Positions 1 through 9,849 of a DNA stretch of 64,000 bases are shown piece after piece. Every line of letters starts with the position of its first letter. Within the stretch, counting starts at the first letter, position 1. The stretch is from Sphingomicrobium sp. (lineage in GTDB: Bacteria; Pseudomonadota; Alphaproteobacteria; Sphingomonadales; Sphingomonadaceae), in the NCBI GenBank assembly GCA_035512655.1, contig DATKDM010000007.1:5215-69214 (forward strand), written 5' to 3'. A model generated the notes under the pieces. That model was not told the origin of the DNA. It did not search any database and saw nothing but the letters and a program-made list of their open reading frames with translations. Position numbers and translations under genes: made by a program.

Positions 1-674
1 GCGAGCTCAAGCCGTTTGCCGACCCACTCGGACAGTTCCTGGAACTCGAGTTCCTTTTCGAACACGATTCCGGCGCGGCGGTCGGCGAACCAGCGGACCT
101 GGCCACGGATCGGCCGCAGGCTTTCGACGACGACGATGACGTCCTTGCCGACGCAATATTCCTCGATCGGCTCGACCTTCATCCCGCCCAGCGAGATGTC
201 GTGCACGTCGACGGTATAATAGACCTTGCCGACCCGGATCGACGCCTTGCAGCGGACATCGAGCCGCGGCGGCCGCGGCCGGAAGCCATGGCGCGGCTTG
301 CGTCCCGCCAGAAGCTCGCCGAGGTCGACGTTCTGGGCGAACTTCAAGCCGACGGTACCTTCGCGGATCCACACCACAGTCGACGGAATTTTTTGCGACG
401 AAAGCTCGACCGAGACCTGTTCGCCGACTTGGGGCGGCGCCTGGACGGTATCGCCCATCAGCCCACCGGCGGAGATGTTCCTCACCCGGATCAGTTGCTC
501 GCTGTTGGCGCCAATCAATTTTGCGACCCGAAGCGTCGGCAGCAGCCGGTCGTCTGCCCTCCGCTCGCTCGGCCGCGGCACCGCCGTGCTCAAGGTGAAC
601 GTCGTCGACTCGAAGGTGCCATCCTCGTCGTTCCAGACCGTCGCGGCCTTCTTGCGGATGAGCGAGCCGAACAT
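1..674 (-). CDS. Tandem PilZ-domain protein (3' end runs off the window; absent from the ORF track)
   Basis: Manual translation from ATG 674 (GGAG RBS upstream): MFGSLIRKK...ERRADDRLLPTLRVAKL...VRNISAGGLM...RPRPPRLDVRCKASI...VHDISLGGMKV...GQVRW...AGIVF. This gives two RxxxR + (D/N)xSxxG PilZ motif sets, and the frame is open to position 1. Confidence 0.85.
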   Translation of the reverse strand, partial: MFGSLIRKKAATVWNDEDGTFESTTFTLSTAVPRPSERRADDRLLPTLRVAKLIGANSEQLIRVRNISAGGLMGDTVQAPPQVGEQVSVELSSQKIPSTVVWIREGTVGLKFAQNVDLGELLAGRKPRHGFRPRPPRLDVRCKASIRVGKVYYTVDVHDISLGGMKVEPIEEYCVGKDVIVVVESLRPIRGQVRWFADRRAGIVFEKELEFQELSEWVGKRLEL

Positions 675-808
675 TCGGATTGTCTCCAGGTGCCTGTTAA
701 ACCGCACCAAATCGGGACTTTACGCAGCGCATAGTTAAAAAGCCGTTTCATTCGTTTGACCTCTCCGAGAGAAAGAGCGCAGTTGGCGCGACCGGAGGTG
801 ACCGAATT

Positions 809-1204
809 GTGACATTGAAGCAGCCTCAGCTGCTGCTGGTGGACGATGAGCCGGCGCTTGCCGATTTCATCGCCAACGCCGCGCGTGAATGCGGTTTCGA
901 TGCAGTCGTGACCTCCGATGACGAGCAGTTTCGCGAGCGCTTCCAGGTCGATCGCCCGGATATCGTCGCGCTCGACCTCGGGATGCCCGGCATGGACGGC
1001 GTCGAGCTCCTCCGGTTCCTGGCCGCCGCGGAATTTGATTCGCCGGTGCTAATCATCAGCGGGTTCGACCGCCGGGTCCTCGAAAGCGCCTTTCGCCTCG
1101 GCGAGGCGCTCGGCCTGGCGATGGTCGGGCCGATCGAAAAGCCGGTTCGGCTGGAGGAGCTTGAAGCGATTTTCACCGATTTGAAGGCACCTCGGGTGTC
1201 ATGA
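809..1204 (+). CDS. Single-domain response regulator (REC)
   Basis: LLLVDDEP, VALDLGMPGMDGVELL, IISG, IEKP: canonical receiver residues; GTG start after GGAGG. Confidence 0.9.
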   Translation: MTLKQPQLLLVDDEPALADFIANAARECGFDAVVTSDDEQFRERFQVDRPDIVALDLGMPGMDGVELLRFLAAAEFDSPVLIISGFDRRVLESAFRLGEALGLAMVGPIEKPVRLEELEAIFTDLKAPRVS

Positions 1205-2049
1205 CGCCGCGGCCCGAGCTGGCCCTGGTCGAAGGCTTCGAGCGGGCCTTGATCAACCATCGGCTGCACATGGTCTATCAGCCCAAGGTGCTGATGCGCG
1301 ACGGATCGCTGACCCGGGTCGAGGCGCTGGTCCGCTGGGAAGACGCCGAATTCGGCTCGGTGCCGCCGTCGCGGTTTGTGCCGCTTGCCGAAAAGCACGG
1401 CCTGATCGAGGAGCTGACCCAATGGGGGCTTCGAACCACCCTTCGCCAGTGGCTCAAATGGCGCGAACAGGGGATCGACACCAGCCTCGCCTTCAACATC
1501 TCCGCACTGAGCCTCGCGCAGCTCGACTTCCCAGACCTGGTCGAGCGGATGTGCCGCGCGCTCGATGTCCCGACCGACCGCCTGGTGGTCGAGCTCACCG
1601 AAGGGGCGACGCTGCCGCTGATCAAGCTGATGGACACTCTGACCCGCTTCCGGATCAAGGGCATCGGCCTTGCCATCGATGACTTCGGCACCGGCTACTC
1701 GTCGCTGATGCAGCTTCGACAATTGCCGTTCACCGAAGTGAAGATCGACCGGTTCTTCGTCAACGACGCTGTGACCTCCCAGGACTCGCGGCTGATCGTG
1801 AAGACCATCATCGACCTGGCTCAAGGGCTTGGCCTGACCGCCACCGCCGAGGGCATTGAGACGCGCAAGCAACTCAGGCTCCTGCACGAGCTCGGCTGCG
1901 ACGTCGCCCAGGGCTATTTCATCTCGCATCCGCTGGAGCCGGATAGTCTTCAGGAGTGGAAGCACGAGTTCAGGGCGAAGTGGCCGACGATGATCGAAGA
2001 CGAGGGCCTTGCCCTATGGGGCAACGTCGAAGCGGATTCCCTGCGCTAG
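1201..2049 (+). CDS. EAL-domain c-di-GMP phosphodiesterase
   Basis: YQPKV...VEALVRW, FNIS, VELTE, IDDFGTGYSSL, EVKIDR, AEGIET, GCDVAQGY; ATGA overlap with the REC gene. Confidence 0.93.
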   Translation: MTPRPELALVEGFERALINHRLHMVYQPKVLMRDGSLTRVEALVRWEDAEFGSVPPSRFVPLAEKHGLIEELTQWGLRTTLRQWLKWREQGIDTSLAFNISALSLAQLDFPDLVERMCRALDVPTDRLVVELTEGATLPLIKLMDTLTRFRIKGIGLAIDDFGTGYSSLMQLRQLPFTEVKIDRFFVNDAVTSQDSRLIVKTIIDLAQGLGLTATAEGIETRKQLRLLHELGCDVAQGYFISHPLEPDSLQEWKHEFRAKWPTMIEDEGLALWGNVEADSLR

Positions 2050-3480
2050 AGGCAAGTCCGCGCCGTAATTGATTGTGTTGGTCTGCCGCCGCATGTAGGC
2101 GCGCCAGCTATCGGAGCCGCTCTCGCGCCCGCCCCCGGTCTCCTTTTCACCGCCGAACGCACCGCCGATCTCGGCCCCCGACGGTCCGATATTGACGTTG
2201 GCAATGCCACAGTCCGACCCCGCCGCGGACAGGAACCGCTCGGCTTCGCGCAGGTCGGTGGTGAAGATCGACGATGACAGCCCTTGCGTCACCGCATTGT
2301 TGAGCGCGATGGCTTCTTCCAGCCCGGAGTAACGCAACACGTAGAGGATTGGCGCGAACGTCTCCTCGAGCATTGTCCCCTGCTGCGCCGCAACCTCGAC
2401 GATCGCCGGCCGGACGTAGAAACCGCCCGGCACGGCATCGACCCGCTCGACCGCACCGTCGAGCACTTTGACCATCGCCTCGAAGGCGGCCCCGTCGATC
2501 AACGGGCCGATCAGCGTCCCGGGGTGGCGCGGGTCGCCGATCGAGACGCGCGCGAACAGCCCGCGCAGGCGCTCCACAAGCTCGACGGCGATGCTGTCGT
2601 GGACGATCAGGCGGCGCAGCGTGGTGCACCGCTGGCCCGCCGTGCCCGCGGCCGAAAACAGGATTGCGCGCTCGGCGAGGTCGAGGTCGGCGCTCGGGGC
2701 GACGATCATCGCATTGTTGCCGCCAAGCTCGAGCAGGACCCGCCCGAAGCGCTCCGCGACGCGCGGCCCGACGGCGCGGCCCATCGCCGTCGACCCGGTC
2801 GCCGACACCAACGCGATGCGCGGGTCGTCGACCAGTGCCGCGCCGATTTCGCGGCCGCCCTGGACCAGCTGAAGCAATCCTTGCGGCGCGTCGCCGAACC
2901 GCTCCAGCGCGCGCTCCGCGAGCGCCATCGTCGCGGCGGCGGTCAGCGGCGTCTTCTCGCTCGGCTTCCAGATCACCGGATCGCCGCAGACCAGGGCCAG
3001 CGCCGCGTTCCACGCCCACACCGCGACCGGGAAATTGAATGCGCTGATCACCAGCACCGGGCCGAGCGGATGCCACTGCTCGATCATCCGGTGGTCGGGC
3101 CGCTCGCTGGCGATGGTCAGGCCGTAGAGCTGGCGCGACAGCCCGACCGCGAAATCGCAGATGTCGATCATTTCCTGGACTTCGCCCAACCCCTCCTGGA
3201 CGATCTTGCCCGTCTCGAGCGTCACCAGCCGGGCGAGCGGCTCCTTCGCCCCGCGCAGTTCCTCCGCCAGCAACCGCACCAGCTCGCCGCGGCGCGGCGC
3301 CGGCACCTTGCGCCACTGAAGAAACGCCTGCGAAGCGCGCTCGCACGCGGCGCCAGGATCGCCGAACGCGACGCGCCCGATCGGCTGCCCGTCGATCGGC
3401 GAGACGCTGACCAGCGCGCCGGCGTCTGCGGCGATGCCGAATTGCGCGAGAATCGCGGCAGCCTCGTCGGCGGGGCTCAT
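2014..3480 (-). CDS. Aldehyde dehydrogenase family 7 (piperideine-6-carboxylate / aminoadipate-semialdehyde dehydrogenase-like)
   Basis: ISAFNFPVAVWAWN, WKPSEKTP, TGSTAMG, LELGGNN, AGQRCTT, EETFAP, FGGEKETGGGRESGSD. Start set at MSPADE (3480), overlapping the stop of the aminotransferase. Confidence 0.92.
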   Translation of the reverse strand: MSPADEAAAILAQFGIAADAGALVSVSPIDGQPIGRVAFGDPGAACERASQAFLQWRKVPAPRRGELVRLLAEELRGAKEPLARLVTLETGKIVQEGLGEVQEMIDICDFAVGLSRQLYGLTIASERPDHRMIEQWHPLGPVLVISAFNFPVAVWAWNAALALVCGDPVIWKPSEKTPLTAAATMALAERALERFGDAPQGLLQLVQGGREIGAALVDDPRIALVSATGSTAMGRAVGPRVAERFGRVLLELGGNNAMIVAPSADLDLAERAILFSAAGTAGQRCTTLRRLIVHDSIAVELVERLRGLFARVSIGDPRHPGTLIGPLIDGAAFEAMVKVLDGAVERVDAVPGGFYVRPAIVEVAAQQGTMLEETFAPILYVLRYSGLEEAIALNNAVTQGLSSSIFTTDLREAERFLSAAGSDCGIANVNIGPSGAEIGGAFGGEKETGGGRESGSDSWRAYMRRQTNTINYGADLPLAQGIRFDVAP

Positions 3481-4631
3481 GCGAGCAGCTCCTTGGCCCG
3501 GGCCATCGCGGCGACCCCGGCTTCGATCGTCTCGTCCTTCTTGCCGAAGCACAGCCGGACCAGGCGCCGCGGCGGGTCCGCTTTCGCGAACGCCGACAGC
3601 GGCACGACCGCGACCCCGGCTCGCTCGACCGCAGCCGCGGCGAAGGCTTCGTCGTCGAGGTCGATTCCGGATGCGGCCAGATCGACGCACAGGAAATAGG
3701 TCGAAGCCGCATCGAGCACCGCGAAACCGGCGTCGCGCAGGCCATTGGTCATGCGATCGCGGGCGCGCTCGAAGCGCTGCTTCATCGGCGCGATCCAGGC
3801 ATCGCCCTGGTCGAGCCCGAAGGCGACCGCGGCTTGCAAGTTGGGCGCGGTCGAAAAGGTCAGGAACTGGTGCGCGCGCGCCGCGACGCCGGCCATTTCA
3901 GGCGCCGCCACCATCCAGCCGACCTTCCAGCCGGTCAGCGAGAAGATCTTGCCCGCCGAGCCGATCTTGATCGTCCGCTCCGCCATTCCCGGCAGCGACG
4001 CGAGCGGAGTGAAGCGCTGGCCGTCGAGGACGATATGCTCCCACACCTCGTCGCTGATGACGGTCAAGCCGCGCTCGCGGGCGATCGCCGCGACGATCTC
4101 GAGCTCGTCTCCGTCGAACAGCCGGCCAGCGGGGTTGTGGGGATTGTTGAACAGGATCGCGCGGGTTTTCGGACCCACCGCGGCCTCGAGCGCGGCTCGC
4201 TCGATCCGCCAGCCCGGAGGCTGAAGCGCGACCTCGCGAACAGTCGCGCCCGCGCGCCGGATCATCGGCGCGTAGCAGTCATAGGCCGGGGTCAGGATGA
4301 TGACCTCGTCGCCCGGCTCGACCGTCGCCAGGATCGCCGCGCCGATCGCCTCGGTGGCGCCGCTGGTCACGCAAATGTGATCGGGCCCGATCTCCAGTCC
4401 GTGGTGACGGTTGTAATGCGCTGCGACCGCCTCGCGCAGCCGCGGCAGCCCGCGCGATGGCGGATACTGGTTGGAGCCGTCCTTGAGCGCCCGCGCAGCC
4501 GCGTCGAGAATCTCGTCGGGCCAGCCGAAGTCGGGGAATCCCTGGCCGAGGTTGACCGCATCGTGCTTCACCGCAAGCGCCGACATGCGCTCGAACACGC
4601 TCGTCGCCATTTTCTCGTAAAGCGGGTTCAA
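3477..4631 (-). CDS. PLP-dependent class I/II aminotransferase (YbdL-like)
   Basis: VNLGQGFPDF, NQYPPSRG, VTSGATEA, NNPHNPAG, SDEVWEH, SAGKIFSLTGWKVGW. Start is uncertain (TTG 4631, or a nearby ATG). Confidence 0.88.
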   Translation of the reverse strand: MNPLYEKMATSVFERMSALAVKHDAVNLGQGFPDFGWPDEILDAAARALKDGSNQYPPSRGLPRLREAVAAHYNRHHGLEIGPDHICVTSGATEAIGAAILATVEPGDEVIILTPAYDCYAPMIRRAGATVREVALQPPGWRIERAALEAAVGPKTRAILFNNPHNPAGRLFDGDELEIVAAIARERGLTVISDEVWEHIVLDGQRFTPLASLPGMAERTIKIGSAGKIFSLTGWKVGWMVAAPEMAGVAARAHQFLTFSTAPNLQAAVAFGLDQGDAWIAPMKQRFERARDRMTNGLRDAGFAVLDAASTYFLCVDLAASGIDLDDEAFAAAAVERAGVAVVPLSAFAKADPPRRLVRLCFGKKDETIEAGVAAMARAKELLA

Positions 4632-4749
4632 GCTCGGCCACTCCTCGTCGTCGCCCGACCCCATAGCTGGCGCCGGTCGCCGCTGCGAGTGGTCCGGCAT
4701 TTCACTGCGGGGACTTGTCCTTGGCGCCGTTGCCCGCCTAGTAAATGAA

Positions 4750-6201
4750 ATGACGCGCTCCGAAGACATTCCCGGCATCCTCGACCAGTTGTGCGAGATT
4801 TACGCGGCGTCCGCCGCCGCCCTGCGTGACGCGCTTGCCGCCTATGTCCGCGAAGGCACCCGCCCCGAGACCGGGACGCGCGCCGAAGGCTGCTTCGCCT
4901 ACCCCGAGCTACGCATCGACTACGAGCCTTCAACCGAGCCGCCGACACCGGCGCGGGCGTTCGCTCGCCTCAATCAAGCGGGCACCTATGCCACCAGCGT
5001 CGCTCGCCCGGCGCTGCTGCGAGAGTATCTCAGGGTCCAGCTTGAGCATTTGGTGCGCGATTATTCGGTTCGCATTACGGTCGGGCGCTCGCGCAGCGAA
5101 ATCCCCTATCCCTATGTCCTCGACGGCGCCGAGATCGAGCTTGGCGAGATCGGCGCGGCGGAGCTCTCGCGCTGGTTTCCGTCGAGCGAGTTGGTCCACA
5201 TCGGAGACGAGATCGCCGACGGCGCGTGGGACTTTTCGACCCGGCCGGCGCGGCCGCTGGCGCTGTTCGACGGGCCGCGCACCGACTTCAGCCTCGCCCG
5301 GCTCAAGCATTACACCGGCACCGCGCCCGAGCATTTCCAGCATTTCGTGCTGTTCACCAACTACATCCGTTACGTCGACGAGTTCGTTGACTTCGCGGTC
5401 GACGAGCTCAAGCGGCCGGACAGCCCGTTCACCGCTTTGTCCGTGCCGGGTGGCATCTTTAGGGCGAGCGACTTCGACGATTCCGAGGACCAGGCCGCCG
5501 CCGGCGACTGGCGGCGGCACCAGATGCCAGCCTATCATTTGATGGCCGAGGGCGGCACCGGCATCACGCTCATCAACATCGGCGTCGGGCCGTCGAACGC
5601 CAAGACGATCTGCGACCATGTCGCGGTTCTGCGGCCGGAAGTGTGGCTGATGATCGGCCATTGCGGCGGCCTTCGCCCGAGCCAGTCGATCGGCGATTAT
5701 GTTCTCGCCCACGCTTATCTGCGCGACGACCACCTGCTCGATGACGTGCTCCCGGTGGAAATTCCGCTCCCGGCCATCGCCGAAGTCCAGCAGGCGCTGT
5801 TCGAAGCGGCGATGGGCGTCACCGGAGAGGATGAGGACAGCCTCAAGAAGCGGCTCCGGACCGGCACCGTGGTCACCACCGACGACCGCAACTGGGAGCT
5901 GCGCTACACGCTGTCGGCGCTGCGCTTCAACCAGAGCCGGGCGGTGGCAATCGACATGGAATCGGCGACCGTCGCCGCCCAGGGCTATCGCTTCCGGGTC
6001 CCCTACGGAACCTTGCTGTGCGTGTCGGACAAGCCGCTCCACGGCGAACTGAAGCTGCCCGGCCAGGCCAACGCGTTCTACGAGCGGGCGATCAGCCAGC
6101 ACCTGCGGATCGGGATCGAAACGCTGCAGCTGCTGAAGCGCGAGGGGGATGCGCTGCACAGCCGCAAGCTGCGCAGCTTCGACGAGCCGCCGCTGCGCTA
6201 G
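4750..6201 (+). CDS. amn: AMP nucleosidase
   Basis: LFTNY..YVDEF, QMPAYHL, NIGVGPSNAKTICDH, MIGHCGGLR, DMESAT, YGTLLCVSDKPLHGE, ending FDEPPLR. Confidence 0.95.
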   Translation: MTRSEDIPGILDQLCEIYAASAAALRDALAAYVREGTRPETGTRAEGCFAYPELRIDYEPSTEPPTPARAFARLNQAGTYATSVARPALLREYLRVQLEHLVRDYSVRITVGRSRSEIPYPYVLDGAEIELGEIGAAELSRWFPSSELVHIGDEIADGAWDFSTRPARPLALFDGPRTDFSLARLKHYTGTAPEHFQHFVLFTNYIRYVDEFVDFAVDELKRPDSPFTALSVPGGIFRASDFDDSEDQAAAGDWRRHQMPAYHLMAEGGTGITLINIGVGPSNAKTICDHVAVLRPEVWLMIGHCGGLRPSQSIGDYVLAHAYLRDDHLLDDVLPVEIPLPAIAEVQQALFEAAMGVTGEDEDSLKKRLRTGTVVTTDDRNWELRYTLSALRFNQSRAVAIDMESATVAAQGYRFRVPYGTLLCVSDKPLHGELKLPGQANAFYERAISQHLRIGIETLQLLKREGDALHSRKLRSFDEPPLR

Positions 6202-7964
6202 CCCGCCGTCGGGTCGCGGACGATGTGCAGGCTCTTGACCCGCCCGCCCGTCGGCAGCGGCGGGTTGGTTTTGAGAAAAGCCTCCAGCGCGTCGAGATCG
6301 AGGCCGGCATCGAACCGGTCGGTGCCTTCGGTAAGGACGGTAAAATTGTCGCCACCCGCCGCCAGGAAGCTGTTGGTGGCGACCCGATAGCGGCCGTTCG
6401 GGTCGACCGGTTTGCCGTTGAAACTCATCGCGACGATCCGCTCGCCGGCCGGGCGCCGCACGTCATAGGTGAAGGAAAAGCCGGCCGAGGGCATCAGCAT
6501 GCCAGGCTGTTTGGGGTCGAGGAATTGCTCCTCGAGCAGGCGCTTGAGCTGGGCCCCGGTCAGGGTCATGACAATGATATTGTTGCCGAACGGCTGCAGG
6601 GCGAACATTTGGCCGTAGGTAATTGTGCCGTCGTCGCGAGGCACCAGGTCGCCGCGCACCCCGCTGTTGTTCATGAATGCGATCTGCGCCCCGCCGCGCT
6701 CCTTCGGCCGGGTCCAGCCAAGCTGCGAATCGGCAATCAGCTCGCCGCCCCGGGTGGCGAGGTCCGAATCCTCGGTCTCGCTGACCGTGCCGGCAAGGCG
6801 CGCCACGACCCGCTCCCCCTCGACCCGGGCCGCGGCTGCGTAGCGATCGACGAGCGCCTTGATCGCCGGATCGGCGGGATAGACCGGAAATGCGGTGTCC
6901 AGGGCCGCGGGGCCGCGCGGGCTTTCGAACGGCTCGCCCTGGACGACGGTCAACGCCGCCTGCTTCGACTCCAATGCTTGGGTCACCCCGTTGAAGGTCA
7001 GCCGGATGTCGGTCAGCATCGTCCCGTAGCGGCCGGCGCTGGTCAGTAGGCGCGTTCGACCGTCCGCCATCGGCAGCTCGCAGCGATACGCCCAATGGGT
7101 GTGGCCGGAGATGACCAGCTCGATCGCCGGGTCGAGCTTGTCGAGGATCGGCAGAACGTCTCCGGACAGTCCGGGGCAGGTCGGGTCGTTCCAGTCGCTT
7201 TTGGTATATGCCCCCTGGTGAAGCAGCAGGACGATCGCGTCGGCGCCCTCAGCCTTCAGCTGCGGAACGAGCGCGTTGGCGGTTGACGCCTCCTCGGCAA
7301 AGGTGAGGCCGGCGGCGCCCGAGGGAGTCACCAGCACGCCGGTTTCCTTGAGCGTCATGCCGATGAAGCCGACCCGGACCGGCCCGAACTGCTTGATCGC
7401 GGTGCCGGGAAACAAGGTGCTGCCATTGGCGGTCAGCACATTGGCGGCGAGGAATTCGAAGCGCGCGCCCGTGAACGCCTTGTCGAGAGCGCACGGCTCG
7501 CGGCTGGTGTGCTTTTCGCAGCCTCCCGCCCGCATGCGCTGGAGCTCGACCGAGCCGCGGTCGAATTCGTGGTTGCCGACCCCGTTCAGCTCCAGCCCAA
7601 GCTGGTTCATGGCGACAATGGTCGGCTCGTCGAGGAACATCGCCGATGTCAGCGGGCTTCCGCCGATCAAATCGCCGGCCGACACGGTGATGCTGTGCGG
7701 ACGGCCTTTGCGCAGCAACTCGAGCGCCCCCGCCAGATAAGCGACCCCGCCCGCCGGCACCCACACGTCTTTACCGGACGAATCGCGCGAGCGGACCGTC
7801 AGCTTGGGCGGCTCGAGATTGCCGTGGAGATCGTTGAACGCGAGAATCTGCACTTCGACCGGGGCCGATGGGACCACGGTCGGCGGTGCGGCCGGCGGCG
7901 CGACCGGGACGGCCGCACAGGCCGCAAGCGTGAACAGGAGCGGGACCGGCCAGACCTTCAGCAA
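6198..7964 (-). CDS. Secreted/lipoprotein bifunctional metallophosphatase / 5'-nucleotidase
   Basis: Lipoprotein-like signal (LAAC); NDLHGNLE, SAGDLIG, GNHEFD, LLHQG, ISGHTH; C-terminal domain with NSGVRGDL, QPFGN, TNSFLAAGGD. Confidence 0.92.
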   Translation of the reverse strand: MLKVWPVPLLFTLAACAAVPVAPPAAPPTVVPSAPVEVQILAFNDLHGNLEPPKLTVRSRDSSGKDVWVPAGGVAYLAGALELLRKGRPHSITVSAGDLIGGSPLTSAMFLDEPTIVAMNQLGLELNGVGNHEFDRGSVELQRMRAGGCEKHTSREPCALDKAFTGARFEFLAANVLTANGSTLFPGTAIKQFGPVRVGFIGMTLKETGVLVTPSGAAGLTFAEEASTANALVPQLKAEGADAIVLLLHQGAYTKSDWNDPTCPGLSGDVLPILDKLDPAIELVISGHTHWAYRCELPMADGRTRLLTSAGRYGTMLTDIRLTFNGVTQALESKQAALTVVQGEPFESPRGPAALDTAFPVYPADPAIKALVDRYAAAARVEGERVVARLAGTVSETEDSDLATRGGELIADSQLGWTRPKERGGAQIAFMNNSGVRGDLVPRDDGTITYGQMFALQPFGNNIIVMTLTGAQLKRLLEEQFLDPKQPGMLMPSAGFSFTYDVRRPAGERIVAMSFNGKPVDPNGRYRVATNSFLAAGGDNFTVLTEGTDRFDAGLDLDALEAFLKTNPPLPTGGRVKSLHIVRDPTAG

Positions 7965-8042
7965 CTCAATACTCCACTGTGCAAGTCCACGACTGTCTCA
8001 GGCGCTTGCCCGCGACTCCTGCCACCGCCTAAGGTCAGTTTC

Positions 8043-8483
8043 ATGACAGAGGAAGAGCTTGTCGCCCTCGCCCGGGCCGCGGCGTTGAAGGCTTATGCGC
8101 CCTACTCGGGCTTCCATGTCGGCTGCGCGATTGAATCCAGCGACGGCGAACTCGTCACCGGCGCCAACATGGAGAACGCCTGCTACCGGCTCGGAGTCTG
8201 CGCCGAGCAAAGCGCGCTGACCACCGCCCAGGCTGCGTTCGGGCTCGCCAAGGTTTCTCGTATCGCGGTCGCCGGGGGCCGGATCGCCGGCGGGGCGCTG
8301 GCCGGCGACGCCGTCGTCACTCCGTGCGGCGGCTGCCGCCAGGCGATCCTCGAGGCCGCGCAATTATCCGGCCGCGACATCGAGATTCACTGCGCGAGCG
8401 GCGACGGCGCAACCGTCGACCGCCATCGGATCGGCGACCTCATCCCCCACGGTTTCGGCCCGGCGAACCTGGCAGGCGGCTAG
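8043..8483 (+). CDS. cdd: Cytidine deaminase
   Basis: AYAPYSGFHVGCA, GANMENACY, CAEQSA, PCGGCRQ zinc motif. Confidence 0.92.
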   Translation: MTEEELVALARAAALKAYAPYSGFHVGCAIESSDGELVTGANMENACYRLGVCAEQSALTTAQAAFGLAKVSRIAVAGGRIAGGALAGDAVVTPCGGCRQAILEAAQLSGRDIEIHCASGDGATVDRHRIGDLIPHGFGPANLAGG

Positions 8484-8803
8484 CGCATCATCCCGACCAG
8501 CCGGTCGAACACGGCCGGGTGGATCGGCTTCGCGAACTCGACACCGGCGACGAAATTGTCGACCCAGCAGACCAGTCCCTCGACCGAATCCAGCCCCTCG
8601 AACTTGACCCACACGCGCTCATCGAGGTTGGGGCGCTCGACGAACTCGATCCGGCAGCCGTGCGCGGAAGCGTCATACACCTTGACTCGGTAGCCGTGGT
8701 GGCCGGTGCGCCGGAGGGACACCTCGGCGTCGATAACCGTGCGCGGTTCGCGGGGCCGCATCGGTCGATCCGGGGGAATGCCGCTGTCCAAGTCCTGTCC
8801 CAT
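8480..8803 (-). CDS. Single PilZ-domain protein
   Basis: RPREPR, YDASAHGCRIE, VCWV...AGVEF. Confidence 0.85.
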   Translation of the reverse strand: MGQDLDSGIPPDRPMRPREPRTVIDAEVSLRRTGHHGYRVKVYDASAHGCRIEFVERPNLDERVWVKFEGLDSVEGLVCWVDNFVAGVEFAKPIHPAVFDRLVGMMR

Positions 8804-8891
8804 CGCACGGCCCCCTCAAGGCGATCCACCCTCAAGAGCTTGCTCGCAAAAAGTTACCAGAAACGCAAACTGCACCCGTCGAGCACCGGGC

Positions 8892-9839
8892 TTAGGTCAA
8901 TTTGATCTCGCGCAGCCTCTCCTGGAGGTACGCGTCGGCGGTGATCGGCGGCCATTTGGGCGGCTCGCCGGGCGGTACGGTCCCGGGCAGCGCCTCGATC
9001 AGGAAATCCGAGCGGAAGTGAAGGAAGAACGGCATCGAATAGCGCGAGCGGTTGCGGCGCTCGGGTGGCGGATTGGCGACCCGGTGAGTGGTCGAGCGCA
9101 GCAGGCCGTTGGTCAGCCGCTGCAGCATGTCGCCGATGTTGACCACCAGCTCGCCGGGCTTCGGCGACACGGGGATCCAGCGGCCGTCGCGGGTCAACAG
9201 CTCGAGGCCCGCTTCCTCGGCGCCGAGCAAAAGCGTTATGGTATTGATGTCCTCGTGGGCTCCGGCGCGTACATTGCTCCCCGGCTCGCCCTCGATCGGC
9301 GGGTAATGCAGCAGGCGCAGAACCGAATTGCCGTCGCGGACGGTGTCGATGAAATAATCCTCGTCGATCTTGAGGAACCGCGCGATCGCTTTGAGGATCT
9401 TCAACCCGGTGCGGTCGAAGGTGTTGTAGAGTTTGAGGAACGTGTCCCTGAAGCTGGCGACTTCCTCGGGCCAGACATTGTCGCCCATGTGGCCGCGGAA
9501 CGGGTGTCCGGGGGGCAGCTCGCGGCCGACGTGCCAGAATTCCTTGAGGTCGTGGGCGGCCGCGCCCTTGGCGGTCTCGATCCCGAACGGCGTGTAGCCG
9601 CGCGCCCCGCCGCCGCCCGGGATATGATATTTGCGTTTGACCTCCCCGGGCAGCGTGAAGAAGGCTTTCGCCTTCGCCTCGGCATCGCGGATCAGCGCGT
9701 CGGGGATGCCGTGGTCGGCGATGATCGCGAAGCCATATTCCTCGAAGCTCCGGCCGAGCCTGTCGGCGAAGGCGTCCGCGTCGCGGTCGGCGTCGGCCAG
9801 CGATACCGAGGCGATGGGGTCTGTAGTCAGCGTAGCCAT
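8892..9839 (-). CDS. 2-oxoglutarate/Fe(II) oxygenase (isopenicillin N synthase family)
   Basis: AHEDINTITLL (HxD), VNIGDMLQRLTN, STTHRV, RYSMPFF (RxS). Confidence 0.92.
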   Translation of the reverse strand: MATLTTDPIASVSLADADRDADAFADRLGRSFEEYGFAIIADHGIPDALIRDAEAKAKAFFTLPGEVKRKYHIPGGGGARGYTPFGIETAKGAAAHDLKEFWHVGRELPPGHPFRGHMGDNVWPEEVASFRDTFLKLYNTFDRTGLKILKAIARFLKIDEDYFIDTVRDGNSVLRLLHYPPIEGEPGSNVRAGAHEDINTITLLLGAEEAGLELLTRDGRWIPVSPKPGELVVNIGDMLQRLTNGLLRSTTHRVANPPPERRNRSRYSMPFFLHFRSDFLIEALPGTVPPGEPPKWPPITADAYLQERLREIKLT

Positions 9840-9849
9840 GCGCCGGGTT

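Noticed and set aside
226-738. 170-aa plus-strand ORF (and other long ORFs such as 826-1965, 2284-3699, 25028-26608, 32885-34660, 40879-41964)
   Set aside because: These are antisense or frame shadows of well-supported genes, typical of high-GC DNA, with no recognisable motifs.
3481-3690. Long N-terminal extensions given in the ORF track (ALDH, aminotransferase, adenosine kinase, aceB, aceA, ramB, DUF4255, ATPase)
   Set aside because: They overlap neighbouring genes, are Arg/Pro-rich junk, and better starts with an RBS or stop-start coupling exist downstream.
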